Source of the DNA: a virus
DNA: 64,000 nt
IMG/VR virus record: IMGVR_UViG_3300031552_000001
Span: 96,001-160,000 of that record
Strand: one strand, 5' to 3'
Shown here: in pieces, positions 1-9,304 of the stretch
Layout of the letters: each line of letters begins with the position of its first letter
Position numbering within the stretch: position 1 is the first letter of the stretch
The notes under the pieces: model-generated
What the model saw: only the letters and a program-made list of their open reading frames with translations
Databases searched by the model: none
What the model was told of the DNA's origin: nothing
Translations under genes and position numbers: made by a program

Positions 1-659
1 GAAATCTCAGGGTCTAATGGATACCCCATAGAACAAGCTTTAGCAGCCAACTTCGTTGCGTATTGCCTCCGGATTTCGGGCTCCATTCGCTTCTTTTCGT
101 CTTGGAAGTATTCCTCTGCTTTCTTTACAAGATCCCAGGAGTAGATAGGGTAGCAGTGACGACCGTCTGGTAAAACTACAGCGTAATCTTCAGACCGCCT
201 CGATTGTGCCTGCTTTACTTTTATCTGCGGACGCTTACCTGTAATGTCTACCGCCCCTTTCCGCACAGACCCTACTTTATCTAATGACTTATCGCAGTTG
301 GGGGCCAACATAGCCAGCTTCCGTAAAGCGGGCGGCCCCTCGATGCCGAATGCGGCACACTTAGAAGAAAGATTCCAGGCTGCTGTCTTTTGCGCTTCTT
401 CAGGAAGCTTGTCTCCATGCTCCATGAAGTAAATAACTGACATTGCCGTCGTACCGGGATCGTGACAGGCAAACTTATGTAGAACATCCCCGCCATCAAT
501 TGCTACAAGAGCAAAATCTGCGTGATCAAGCTTTTCTAGTGGTTTAATATCGGCCTCTTTGATAACACCAGGCAAAGAATCCGGTGTGGGGAACTTACTT
601 TTTAGAGTATCTCCATGATCATCGTACCAGTCCAATACGACTCCGCTCATTCTTCCCAT
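1..659 (-). CDS. hypothetical phage protein, partial (runs off left edge)
   Basis: Manual translation from ATG at 659 (AGGAG SD upstream) stays open to position 1: MGRMSGVVLDWYDDHGDTLKSKFPTP...ACHDPGTTAMSVIYFMEHGDKLPEEAQKTAA...YPIYSWDLVKKAEEYF. Missing from the ORF track because the stop lies outside the window. Confidence 0.85.
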   Translation of the reverse strand, partial: MGRMSGVVLDWYDDHGDTLKSKFPTPDSLPGVIKEADIKPLEKLDHADFALVAIDGGDVLHKFACHDPGTTAMSVIYFMEHGDKLPEEAQKTAAWNLSSKCAAFGIEGPPALRKLAMLAPNCDKSLDKVGSVRKGAVDITGKRPQIKVKQAQSRRSEDYAVVLPDGRHCYPIYSWDLVKKAEEYFQDEKKRMEPEIRRQYATKLAAKACSMGYPLDPEI

Positions 660-722
660 AACAATCTCCTAAGCGAACACATGTTGCTTATTAGCTACAC
701 AAATACAGGTTCGTAGCTACCG

Positions 723-750
723 AAAAACTCGGAATTTCGTGGGTATAAGT
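723..750 (+). promoter_or_regulatory. putative phage promoter, copy A (AAAAAC-N11-TGGGTATAAG)
   Basis: Lies in a divergent intergenic region upstream of the AAGGAGG SD of 788. Same spacing as the copy at 61784-61810. Confidence 0.5.
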
Positions 751-787
751 ATCCTGTACCTACGTTTAATTCCAAGGAGGTTTCTTT

Positions 788-1237
788 GTGGATCACGAAT
801 TGATATCTCAATGCATCAACGGGGAAAGACATCGAGACTGCGAATATTGCCACGAGCATCCGTCTAGAGGGGGCGAATGTTGCTTTGGTTCTAGGCATGA
901 ATACGGAGACCCCGATTGTTATCAGTGCGCTCTTCAAGAAGACTGCGCTCGAGCAACGCACACACACGAACGCGAATACCCTTCTCGAAGGATAATATAC
1001 CCAAGTACCCCTTCGGCCAAGGCTATGGTTCGCAATACGCCCATGTATAAGCAAAAACTCTCCACAACGCCAAATAACTCGCCGTTGCTGCCGCAATCCT
1101 CATCTAGCGTAGATCCGATAGAAATTAACCCCAAACATGGGCTAGTGCAGCAATTCCTGCTAGTTGGGGCATGGGGAGCCATAGAGGGGTTCTTCTCCCT
1201 AGCGCTCGATTTTCTAAGAAAGAAGAGACCACAATAA
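788..1237 (+). CDS. Cys/His-rich hypothetical protein with C-terminal hydrophobic helix
   Basis: GTG start after AAGGAGG; N-terminal CxxC/CC clusters; first gene of the replication operon. Confidence 0.7.
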   Translation: MDHELISQCINGERHRDCEYCHEHPSRGGECCFGSRHEYGDPDCYQCALQEDCARATHTHEREYPSRRIIYPSTPSAKAMVRNTPMYKQKLSTTPNNSPLLPQSSSSVDPIEINPKHGLVQQFLLVGAWGAIEGFFSLALDFLRKKRPQ

Positions 1238-1249
1238 CATACATAGATT

Positions 1250-1684
1250 ATGTGCGTAGAAACCAAACCAGCATTGTATGACTTCCGTAAGGCACTTATA
1301 AAGCTCCGTTCTGCGTCTCAATGGCACACCCCACAAGAGTTTAGTTATCAGGTGGGTCTGTACTTCAAAAGCTACAAGAGGATAGAAGAGGGAGGAGAGC
1401 TGCCAGCCAAAAGCACATTAGAAAGGATTTTTGCGAGGCTTAGGCCCTCTAAAGAAGTAGAAGCTAAAATATGGGAGTTATGGGCTAGAGCGAGACTAGA
1501 ACGAGACGGAGTTTATTTGCCAGAACCCTTTCCCTGTGAGTCTGACCTTGACGACGTTTCAGAAAAAATAAAGAGCGAGGTAATTTACATTCTTAAACAA
1601 GAAGGGGTTTACTTGAGGAAGACGGCGGAGAAGGTAATTCGTAATAGGATAGCTATGATTCTCAAGTCGATGCTCGGAGAGTAA
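1250..1684 (+). CDS. putative XRE-like helix-turn-helix DNA-binding protein
   Basis: LIKLR...PQEFSYQVGLYFKSYKRIEEGGELPAKSTLERI resembles the XRE HTH pattern. Confidence 0.5.
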   Translation: MCVETKPALYDFRKALIKLRSASQWHTPQEFSYQVGLYFKSYKRIEEGGELPAKSTLERIFARLRPSKEVEAKIWELWARARLERDGVYLPEPFPCESDLDDVSEKIKSEVIYILKQEGVYLRKTAEKVIRNRIAMILKSMLGE

Positions 1685-1685
1685 C

Positions 1686-4049
1686 GTGACCTCTTACCGA
1701 TACTTAGTTAAGGACCCAGACAAGGCGTATATATCAAACAATCTGTGGCTCCCCAAAAAATCAATAAACCAGTCAGTAGTAAAAGCTGCCCTTACCTTCT
1801 CTCTCAATGATGAAGAAGTGGTAGTAGACGAGCTTACCGGGGAGGCCATAGGCACAAAAACAAAAACCTTACGATTATGGGACGAGACAGAGCGTCACAT
1901 TATCACCCCCAAAGAATTTATTTCTCCTAGCAACTACCCCAACTTCCCGTGTGAATTTGAACAAATACCTCCTCCAGATTTCGAACAGGTACGAATAGAT
2001 GATCGTATAGAGCTAAGAAATGAAGAGCAACAAAGAGCGTACGAGGCCCTGTTACAAGACGGAAACGGCACACTGCACGTAAGTTGCGGCAAAGGGAAAA
2101 CGGTAATCGCGCTAAAAGTTGCCGCCACCCTTAAAGTGCCCACTATTGTGATAGTAAACAGCACGGCCTTACTTGAGCAGTGGAAAGAGGAAATAACAAA
2201 ACACTTGGGAGTACAAAGCATAGGGGTTCTACAAGGGCAACTACAGGACTGGAAAGGGCGCCCTATCGTGTTGTCTATGGTTCACACTCTTTCAAATAGA
2301 AGAAAGATGTGGTCTTCGGACTTCAAGCGTTACTTCGGGTTAGCGATATACGATGAGTGCTTTACTTCTGACACTTTAATTGACGACACTCCCATACAAA
2401 AAATTAGGGTAGGTGATACTGTTAGCAGTTACTCTGAAGCAGATGAAAGCCTATGCCGAAAAAAAGTGCTGCGTGTATTCAAGAAAAAACCCTTCAAACT
2501 CATAAGAATACAAGCCGAAGGCAAAAACGTAATTTGCACCCCCAATCACCCTTTCTTGACTGAAAAAGGGTGGGCTAATGCGGAGAACTTGACATGCGGG
2601 TCTGTGGTGCTATGCGCCATAAAGCATCGAAGCTTTATAGGAAAGGAAGGAAGGCGTGACCCCTCCAAAAGTCATAGTCTCTGTTTGCAAAGAGTGCGGA
2701 ACTCAAACAGTAAAAACGGGAAAAGCTGGGTTAGAGCAAGTGAGAAGGGGCGCAGTGTACTGCTCCCGACAATGCGCTCAACGTCACCTACATCGGGAGA
2801 GATCAAAGAGGATGTCAGAAACAAATCGAAAATACGCCTCAGAGAGAATGAAAAAGAACAACCCGATGAAAAGAAAAGAAGTGCGCGAGAAAATGAAATC
2901 TACACTAAGGGCGATGGGGTGGAAGCCCCCTGTTCAAGGAGGGAACGGAAGAACTCCCCCGGCGGCTCAACAGCTTTTAGCTTGCGCCCTGGGCTGGCCC
3001 ATGGAAGTAGCTATTGGGATTCAAAACGCGAGGGCAAAGCACAGCGCGAATGTATACAAACTCGATATCGGGAACAGGGCGTTGAAGCTGGGAATAGAAG
3101 TAGACGGGTATTCCCATTGCTCCCTTACGAGAAAAAAGCAAGACAAGAAGAAAGAGAAAATCTTAGCTGGGTTAGGGTGGACAGTATTGAGATTCTCGAA
3201 CCGGGAAGTGACGGAACATTTGGCGGATTGTGTCCAGACGGTTTTGTCTACAATCTCGAAGTTGAAGATACGCACACCTACTTAGCCAATGGTTTTGTAG
3301 TTCATAATTGCCACCACATGTCAGCTCCTGTTTTTGTACTAAGTGCTGACATGTTTTACGGAAAAAGAATTTCCCTGACTGCTACTGCTTCCAGAACAGA
3401 TGGACTAGAGACCGTTTACCAGTATCATCTGGGCAGAGTGATTCACAAAAATTTGTCGCAAGACCTTATTCCTCATACAGTTTTTCATGTGCTTCACTGG
3501 AAAATGCCTCCTGAGCACAAAAAGCTGGTCATAGATCGGAATAAAGAAGTAAGTACCCCCCGAGTTAGGACTTACCTTGGAAAGCTAGAGTGGAGAAATA
3601 ACCTAATCTACGAATACCTGGCCCAAGATCTAAAAAACGGAAGAAGTATTTTGGTGCTGAGCCACAGCGTAGACCATGTGGAAGTATTGCATAACTACCT
3701 GAGTGCGGCCGGGGCAGGTATGATTGTAGGAAAAACCCCTCAAGAAAGCCGAATGGCTATTTTGAGAAATGGTAATCCCGTATTTGGTACTTTTCAGTTA
3801 GCTAGAGAGGGATTAAATAAGCCCTCTCTAGATACCCTGTATGTGGTCACCCCTTTCAATAACTCCAACGACCTGCAACAGGCTTGGGGGCGAATTCAAC
3901 GAAGACATGAGGGTAAAAAGGAGCCTCTAATCAGGGTTTTTGAAGACCGGGCGTTTCAATGCTGTTTTAGGTCTTGCCGAGGACTACGAAACGTTCTTAA
4001 GAAGTTCGGCTATCCGTACACGAAAGAGGAGTGGGTAAAGTATGAGTGA
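1686..4049 (+). CDS. superfamily II (DExH, UvsW/Rad25-like) helicase, intein-containing
   Basis: Walker A SCGKGKT; motif II YDE|CHH split by the intein; motif III LTAT; motif VI QAWGRIQR. Confidence 0.93.
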   Translation: MTSYRYLVKDPDKAYISNNLWLPKKSINQSVVKAALTFSLNDEEVVVDELTGEAIGTKTKTLRLWDETERHIITPKEFISPSNYPNFPCEFEQIPPPDFEQVRIDDRIELRNEEQQRAYEALLQDGNGTLHVSCGKGKTVIALKVAATLKVPTIVIVNSTALLEQWKEEITKHLGVQSIGVLQGQLQDWKGRPIVLSMVHTLSNRRKMWSSDFKRYFGLAIYDECFTSDTLIDDTPIQKIRVGDTVSSYSEADESLCRKKVLRVFKKKPFKLIRIQAEGKNVICTPNHPFLTEKGWANAENLTCGSVVLCAIKHRSFIGKEGRRDPSKSHSLCLQRVRNSNSKNGKSWVRASEKGRSVLLPTMRSTSPTSGEIKEDVRNKSKIRLRENEKEQPDEKKRSARENEIYTKGDGVEAPCSRRERKNSPGGSTAFSLRPGLAHGSSYWDSKREGKAQRECIQTRYREQGVEAGNRSRRVFPLLPYEKKARQEERENLSWVRVDSIEILEPGSDGTFGGLCPDGFVYNLEVEDTHTYLANGFVVHNCHHMSAPVFVLSADMFYGKRISLTATASRTDGLETVYQYHLGRVIHKNLSQDLIPHTVFHVLHWKMPPEHKKLVIDRNKEVSTPRVRTYLGKLEWRNNLIYEYLAQDLKNGRSILVLSHSVDHVEVLHNYLSAAGAGMIVGKTPQESRMAILRNGNPVFGTFQLAREGLNKPSLDTLYVVTPFNNSNDLQQAWGRIQRRHEGKKEPLIRVFEDRAFQCCFRSCRGLRNVLKKFGYPYTKEEWVKYE
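2358..3308 (+). mobile_element. intein (317 aa) inserted in helicase motif II
   Basis: Starts with Cys (CFTSDTLI), block B CTPNHPFLT, block F VYNLEVEDTHTYLANG, ends VVHN followed by Cys+1. Removal restores DECHH. Confidence 0.95.
2656..3285 (+). CDS. DUF559/Vsr-like (PD-(D/E)xK) endonuclease nested in the intein in the +1 frame; putative homing endonuclease
   Basis: GTG preceded by AGGAAGGAAGG; Zn-finger CKEC...CSRQC; basic helix SERMKKNNPM; catalytic-like YKLDIG...GIEVDGYSH and DKKKEKILAGLGWTVLRFSNREV. Confidence 0.85.
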   Translation: MTPPKVIVSVCKECGTQTVKTGKAGLEQVRRGAVYCSRQCAQRHLHRERSKRMSETNRKYASERMKKNNPMKRKEVREKMKSTLRAMGWKPPVQGGNGRTPPAAQQLLACALGWPMEVAIGIQNARAKHSANVYKLDIGNRALKLGIEVDGYSHCSLTRKKQDKKKEKILAGLGWTVLRFSNREVTEHLADCVQTVLSTISKLKIRTPT

Positions 4050-4476
4050 CATTGATTGGACAAAACTTGTAGTAGTTACTGCATTGCACGGAGAGAAGTG
4101 TTTAGGGTGGCTACCAGAGGAGATAAAAGACCCAAAAGCTTACCTCGAAGAGAAGGTCACTAAAGGCGAGCCGATAGTCCTACACGAGGCCAGAAACCTC
4201 ATAGGGCAGGTTAGCCCTAGTTACGACCAATCCACGGGTAAACTTATGGGAATAGGAAGAATGATCCTTTTAACGCCGTTTGACGCGCTAATAGGACCGC
4301 TCCCTTCTCTCTTTCTGATTCCTTCCACTTGGTACTTTCCCGGAGAGTTTGAACACGTAAGGGCCAAAGTAGAAGGCCTATTGCGCCAAGCTGTAGAGTT
4401 TGAGACCAGTCTAGCTGCTGCTGAAGCCGGGATTATACGCCCCGTTTCTGGCATCGAACCTAGGGGGCTTCAGTGA
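4042..4476 (+). CDS. hypothetical protein
   Basis: Overlap-coupled to both neighbours; 144 aa. Confidence 0.7.
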   Translation: MSDIDWTKLVVVTALHGEKCLGWLPEEIKDPKAYLEEKVTKGEPIVLHEARNLIGQVSPSYDQSTGKLMGIGRMILLTPFDALIGPLPSLFLIPSTWYFPGEFEHVRAKVEGLLRQAVEFETSLAAAEAGIIRPVSGIEPRGLQ

Positions 4477-5252
4477 CCGAATCTTCTCTCGTTCCTTGGA
4501 CTCCTGAGTGGAAAGAGGAGAAGCTTTTTCATTTGTACGAACAATGGAAGCATTGCGATAGCTGCCCTATAAGCCAGGTAAGAAATAACATCGTATTTGG
4601 AATGGGCAATGCTGACGCCCGAATAATGTTCATCGGAGAGGCTCCTGGAGAAGAAGAAGACAAACAAGGGGAGCCTTTTTGCGGGGCGTCGGGTCAGCTA
4701 TTTAGGGCTTTGCTCGAGCAGGCGCGTATTTCTTGGAAAGACATCTACGTCACCAACGTTATCAGTTGTAGGCCTGTAGACGAAAATGGAAAGAACCGAG
4801 ACCCTTCCATAGCAGAGAGGAATGCATGCCTCCCTAGAGTACACGAGATAATTTACATTGTGGACCCCTGGTTCATAGTGCCTGTAGGTAAAATTGCCCT
4901 GAAGGCATTAGCCAAAGGAAGAGATTGGGGTATTCTAGAACACAGAAGTCGCGTGTTTAGCGCCCCTCATGCTTCTGCCAGATTGGTTGGCGACAGAAAT
5001 AGCGCAGAAATTCAAGGAAGAGTTTTTCCCCGTAAGGATACAGAAAAAAGGGTAGTTAACCTAGAGTACGACCTCATACCGATACTTCACCCAGCTTACC
5101 TTCTAAGAGAAGATAGCTATGACGAAAAGAAGAAGAGGTTTCCTTCGGACGGCATAACTCAAAAAACGTTCGAAGATCTAAAGAAGATTAAGAAGTATCT
5201 GCTGTCTCTTGAAGAGGAGTATACCTCAGTGCCGAGGTTCAACTTACCATAA
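4473..5252 (+). CDS. uracil-DNA glycosylase family 4 (Fe-S type)
   Basis: [51 protein letters not shown]. Confidence 0.92.
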   Translation: MTESSLVPWTPEWKEEKLFHLYEQWKHCDSCPISQVRNNIVFGMGNADARIMFIGEAPGEEEDKQGEPFCGASGQLFRALLEQARISWKDIYVTNVISCRPVDENGKNRDPSIAERNACLPRVHEIIYIVDPWFIVPVGKIALKALAKGRDWGILEHRSRVFSAPHASARLVGDRNSAEIQGRVFPRKDTEKRVVNLEYDLIPILHPAYLLREDSYDEKKKRFPSDGITQKTFEDLKKIKKYLLSLEEEYTSVPRFNLP

Positions 5253-5261
5253 GGTGAGACA

Positions 5262-5807
5262 ATGATCAGACCATCAATTAGAGTAGCCCCTAAACCTGTT
5301 AGAGAGCCTAAAGGCTTACCTAAACCCAAATCGAGGGTAAAAGAAGAAACCCCTGGACATGCCTTAGCTGAAAAAGCGGTAGAGGAGTTTGAAAATCAAA
5401 GAAGAGTGCTTTCTGAGATGAAAGAGGACTGGGCTGCTAACTTTCCAGAAGCTAATGAGGCCTATCAAGATATACTTCGACAAGAAGACGTTGTTATGGA
5501 GGCCCTTTCGGCCGCTAAAGTTCTAGTAGCTGAGATAAAAACCAGCATTGGAGAGTTCAAAGCAACCAGGAAGTTCGAAAAACCTCATTACGACAAAAAA
5601 GAAGTCAAAAACATTTTAGCTTCCCTAGAAAACAAAGTGGCTATCTTAGAGGATTTATTCGAAAGTGGAATCGTATCCTCAGTAGAGTTTGACCGCGAGG
5701 CCTCCCTTGCGTGGTTTGCACAACGTCCCTCTTATTCGGAGATATTCAAACCCGCGTTTACGGAAGAGAACGAAAAGTCTTGCGCGGTCTCTGTACCGAA
5801 AATTTGA
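5262..5807 (+). CDS. hypothetical protein
   Basis: AGGTGAG SD before ATG; 181 aa helical/charged. Confidence 0.7.
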   Translation: MIRPSIRVAPKPVREPKGLPKPKSRVKEETPGHALAEKAVEEFENQRRVLSEMKEDWAANFPEANEAYQDILRQEDVVMEALSAAKVLVAEIKTSIGEFKATRKFEKPHYDKKEVKNILASLENKVAILEDLFESGIVSSVEFDREASLAWFAQRPSYSEIFKPAFTEENEKSCAVSVPKI

Positions 5808-5812
5808 GTCTT

Positions 5813-6310
5813 ATGAAAAACAACATCTCTGAAGTCTTTGACGTTGGGATGTTGGACTGTGTGGTGCGTCACAGGAGCTGGAATATAGATCTGGGAAGCA
5901 CAAGAGCCACAAGAAACCAACACCTACACACATCTATACCGGAGAACATCATGTCTGCATTAGAAGAACACCTAGGAGACGGTTTAGCGAAAGTAACCGT
6001 AGGGTGCGAACTAGCGCACAACAAAGAATTTGGGTGCAAAGCGCAATCCTTCGTCAGCGTGTCTGTAACTTGCGGAAATAACGAACACGACATTAACGCC
6101 GTGCATGGAATAGTCCAATCTCTAGCCCGACAACTAACGAATACCGACTTAGAGGCTATGAAGCTAGACCGAGATGCTCATATGACAGGCTCAGCAACTA
6201 CCGCACGGGTGTCTTCCCCCCCAGGAGGACGCGTGTCCTCTCCACCTAAAGCGCAGGGTCCTGCCCTTACGGCTAAAGCGGAAGTTAATAGACCTTCCTT
6301 CCGGAGGTGA
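5813..6310 (+). CDS. hypothetical protein
   Basis: ATG at 5813 chosen to avoid overlap with the previous gene; same frame as track ORF 5711-6310. Confidence 0.65.
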   Translation: MKNNISEVFDVGMLDCVVRHRSWNIDLGSTRATRNQHLHTSIPENIMSALEEHLGDGLAKVTVGCELAHNKEFGCKAQSFVSVSVTCGNNEHDINAVHGIVQSLARQLTNTDLEAMKLDRDAHMTGSATTARVSSPPGGRVSSPPKAQGPALTAKAEVNRPSFRR

Positions 6311-6654
6311 CAATGTACGTAAGAACGGATAGTGATCACACCGCAATAGATTCAATAGAGGCTGTTGAAGGTAGTTTCGAATACAGGCCAGGTATGCGCT
6401 CAGTGCCTTTAGTAGAGGTTACTATGATGTATGCCAATAGTGCTACTAAAGTCACGTATGGCACGTGCCCTGTTAACTCGTTCAGCCTTAAAACTTTAGA
6501 GGCTCTTCTGGAGTTTATCCGCTGTGCTGAGCAAGACTTTGGAGAAGCTGTGTTTCGGGGCGGAACACTTGGCGCCTCCGGCTCTATAGCATCTCAAGAA
6601 GGAGCTGAATCTAATGAAGGGCTGCCCAAAGGTCTAGGAGAGGGGGGCTCTTAA
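6307..6654 (+). CDS. hypothetical protein
   Basis: GGAGG upstream; overlap-coupled with neighbours. Confidence 0.65.
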   Translation: MTMYVRTDSDHTAIDSIEAVEGSFEYRPGMRSVPLVEVTMMYANSATKVTYGTCPVNSFSLKTLEALLEFIRCAEQDFGEAVFRGGTLGASGSIASQEGAESNEGLPKGLGEGGS

Positions 6655-8249
6655 TGGCTGCACTAGAAGACCGCGTGCTGACCAAAATACTCACTAGCAG
6701 ATCTTTAGAACTAGCCCTAAAAAGAGGATTAACAGAAGAACATTTCCTAAATCCAGAATCAAAAATCATATACAGGTTTCTACGACAACACTGGTTTGAC
6801 CCAAAGACTTGTGGAGAGCTCCCAACCATAGAAAGAGTTAGGCAAAGGTGGCCCGCCTTTACGCTTACGGCTACCACCATAATGGAAGAAGGGGGCCTGT
6901 CTACTCTCATAGATGACCTAAAAATGAAGTCGTTCGAATCCGACGCATGGGCCATGTCGGACTATTATCGAGAACTCCTCGATGAGGACCCGGTAAACGC
7001 TGTACGGGTAATGAAAAAACACTTCTTGGAAATGGAGGCTAAGCTAAATACTTCAAGTAACTACGAAGGTATGGGGCTGCAAAGCATACTAACTATGGCC
7101 AAGGAGCACTACAAAGGCGCTCAAAACGGCTCCATTTACGGAATACCTTGGCCATGGGAATGTTTGACCAATGACACTCTTGGTAAGCGAGCAGGGGATT
7201 TCACCGTATTTTACGGTAGAATGAAGTCTCTTAAAACTTGGGTCTTACTTTATTGCGCTATCGTAGACTACTTGTTCCACAACAAACGAGTGCTAATATG
7301 GTCCCGAGAAATGTCACCCGAGAAGCTGGGGCTGCGCGTCGCTTCTTTGCTGTCTGGAGTAGATTATCAGCTTTTTAAGAAAGGCCTGTTGCCTCCTAAA
7401 ATAAGAGACAGGTGCTTCCTTGCTTTAGAGTCTCTTGTAGCGGGCAGACCTCTTCACGACATTGGAAAGGGGGGCGATTTTTCTACTCGAGACCTTCGCA
7501 TACTATCTGGCAGACAGGCTCCCCACACTCTAGACGGGTTAAAGAAAGAAGTAGATGAGTTCGAGCCCCACGTTATTTACTTAGACAGCTTCTACCACTT
7601 GGACACGGAAAAGTCTTTAAAGACAAATCAAAGATGGCAGAGAGTGGCTGTAATAGCCGAAGACGTAAAGTCCTACGCTGAAACCGCTGGGCTACCCATA
7701 GTAGCAGTACACCAGGCCAACAGAGCGGGAGAGAAAACATACGGCAATACATTAGCAGACCTAGCAGATGCAGATGTTATTGCCCGAGAAGCGGACCTTA
7801 TCATTAGAATATTGAAGCCTCCAGGAGCTCCCCGAGAGCTTTACGAAGAAGAATACGAGGAAGAGATAGCTCGGCTTTTGAAGGCAAAAGCTAAACCTAA
7901 ACTCCCTGTTGGCGTTCGCCGTCCAAAACTCAGGCTAAGAGAAGAACATATGGAAGACGACATAATGCTAGACAGAATTGCGCAACATGCTGGGAATCCT
8001 AGAGTAGGAAGCGAGCTTGCTCTAGTAATGGGAGGAAACAGAGAAGGCACCTTAGAGGCTTTCATAATCAAAGCGATTCCTGCCTACAACTTTAGTTTGA
8101 TAACGGATTCTCCCGATATGAGTAGAATAAAAGACTGGGTAAAAGCCGACGATGCTAAAGACGACACGTCTGTCATAAAAGGCAAGAAAGATAAGCCCGC
8201 GGATACGGCAGCTTGGGGGAAGGCGCTGGCTGAATCAGGTATCAAATGA
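6654..8249 (+). CDS. DnaB-like (SF4) replicative helicase
   Basis: GIPWPW..L, P-loop region FYGRMKSLKTW, WSREMS, Walker B VIYLDSFY, AVHQANR, ADADVIAREAD. Confidence 0.85.
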   Translation: MAALEDRVLTKILTSRSLELALKRGLTEEHFLNPESKIIYRFLRQHWFDPKTCGELPTIERVRQRWPAFTLTATTIMEEGGLSTLIDDLKMKSFESDAWAMSDYYRELLDEDPVNAVRVMKKHFLEMEAKLNTSSNYEGMGLQSILTMAKEHYKGAQNGSIYGIPWPWECLTNDTLGKRAGDFTVFYGRMKSLKTWVLLYCAIVDYLFHNKRVLIWSREMSPEKLGLRVASLLSGVDYQLFKKGLLPPKIRDRCFLALESLVAGRPLHDIGKGGDFSTRDLRILSGRQAPHTLDGLKKEVDEFEPHVIYLDSFYHLDTEKSLKTNQRWQRVAVIAEDVKSYAETAGLPIVAVHQANRAGEKTYGNTLADLADADVIAREADLIIRILKPPGAPRELYEEEYEEEIARLLKAKAKPKLPVGVRRPKLRLREEHMEDDIMLDRIAQHAGNPRVGSELALVMGGNREGTLEAFIIKAIPAYNFSLITDSPDMSRIKDWVKADDAKDDTSVIKGKKDKPADTAAWGKALAESGIK

Positions 8250-9304
8250 GTGTTTTGGGTTTAGCTGATTCTATCGCCCAACAATACTTAAGAAGAGTAA
8301 GGATAAAGAGCGAATTCATTTCTGCTGTATGCCCCTTTCATAAAGAAGGCACAGAATCACATCCGTCCTTTTGGGTTAATCGACAAACAGGTCATTGGGG
8401 TTGCTTTACCTGCGAGGCTCATGGAGGGGGTCTTAAATGGCTACTCAAAGACCTGGGCGTAGGCACTGCGGGCTTTGCAGAAAGGCTGAAAGAGGCAGAA
8501 AAGCAGGCAAGCAAGACCGCCGATCTAGAAAAAAGCCGAACCAGAAGGAAAAATAAGAAGTCTTTTGCAGGAGAGTATACACTGCCAGACGCGCTTTTGG
8601 GGGTATTTGATTTCCTTCCTTTAGACTTAGTGGATGCTGGCTTCGACAAAAAAATCCTTAAAGAATATGACGTCGGATACGACCGTAGAAATAACCGCAT
8701 CACTTTCCCCATAAGGGATCTGTTTGGGAACCTTGTAGGTATCTCAGGCAGAGCTACTTTGATAGGGGACGAGCCGAAGTACCTAGTCTATAACGGCAAG
8801 AGGGTGCTTGACGGAAAAGAAACCATGGGGGAGCTTGGAGAATGGTACCCGGAGTATAGCAATGAGAGTGTACGAGATAACTTATGGGGTATGGATAAGC
8901 GCTACAACGCGCTTCTAAATAACGAGAGCGGAGAAGAGTACCTGATAGTAGTCGAAGGATATAAAGCGGCTTTATGGTTAATACAGCATAGGTGGATAAA
9001 TACAGTGGCTCTTATGGGGTCTAGAATGTCTCCGTGCCAAGAAAGAATAATACGGAAGCTAGGTGTGCCCGTTTTCGTATTGCTGGACAATAACCTCCCT
9101 GGAAGAGAAGGAAGCCGAAATATATGTCAGAGGCTCGCAGTAAGTACCTTTCCAGTGTATGAGGTTCGTTACGATCGGGACTGTGAAAGCAGTACCCAAC
9201 CAGATGACCTTGACGAAGAGGAAATCACAAAGGCGCTCAACAGTGCAATCAGAGTTGGAGGAAGAAGCTATGCAAGAACAAGAAAAAAGCACTCAACAGT
9301 ATGA
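8246..9304 (+). CDS. DnaG-like primase (CHC2 zinc finger + TOPRIM)
   Basis: CPFHKEG...WGCFTC; RITFPIRD; VVEGYKAALWL; LLDNN; QPDDL. Confidence 0.9.
   Translation: MSVLGLADSIAQQYLRRVRIKSEFISAVCPFHKEGTESHPSFWVNRQTGHWGCFTCEAHGGGLKWLLKDLGVGTAGFAERLKEAEKQASKTADLEKSRTRRKNKKSFAGEYTLPDALLGVFDFLPLDLVDAGFDKKILKEYDVGYDRRNNRITFPIRDLFGNLVGISGRATLIGDEPKYLVYNGKRVLDGKETMGELGEWYPEYSNESVRDNLWGMDKRYNALLNNESGEEYLIVVEGYKAALWLIQHRWINTVALMGSRMSPCQERIIRKLGVPVFVLLDNNLPGREGSRNICQRLAVSTFPVYEVRYDRDCESSTQPDDLDEEEITKALNSAIRVGGRSYARTRKKHSTV

Noticed and set aside
244-499. Track ORFs 244-432 (+) and 281-499 (-); possible frameshifted gene
   Set aside because: Both are off-frame shadows of the continuous minus-strand ORF starting at 659. 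I checked the homopolymer runs and found no frameshift.
695-1266. Minus-strand ORFs 695-1096 and 934-1266
   Set aside because: Antisense to a gene with a strong SD; no motifs; they overlap the promoter region.
3021-3275. Third ORF (minus strand) inside the intein
   Set aside because: Hydrophobic antisense shadow of A-rich codons; no SD or domain signature.
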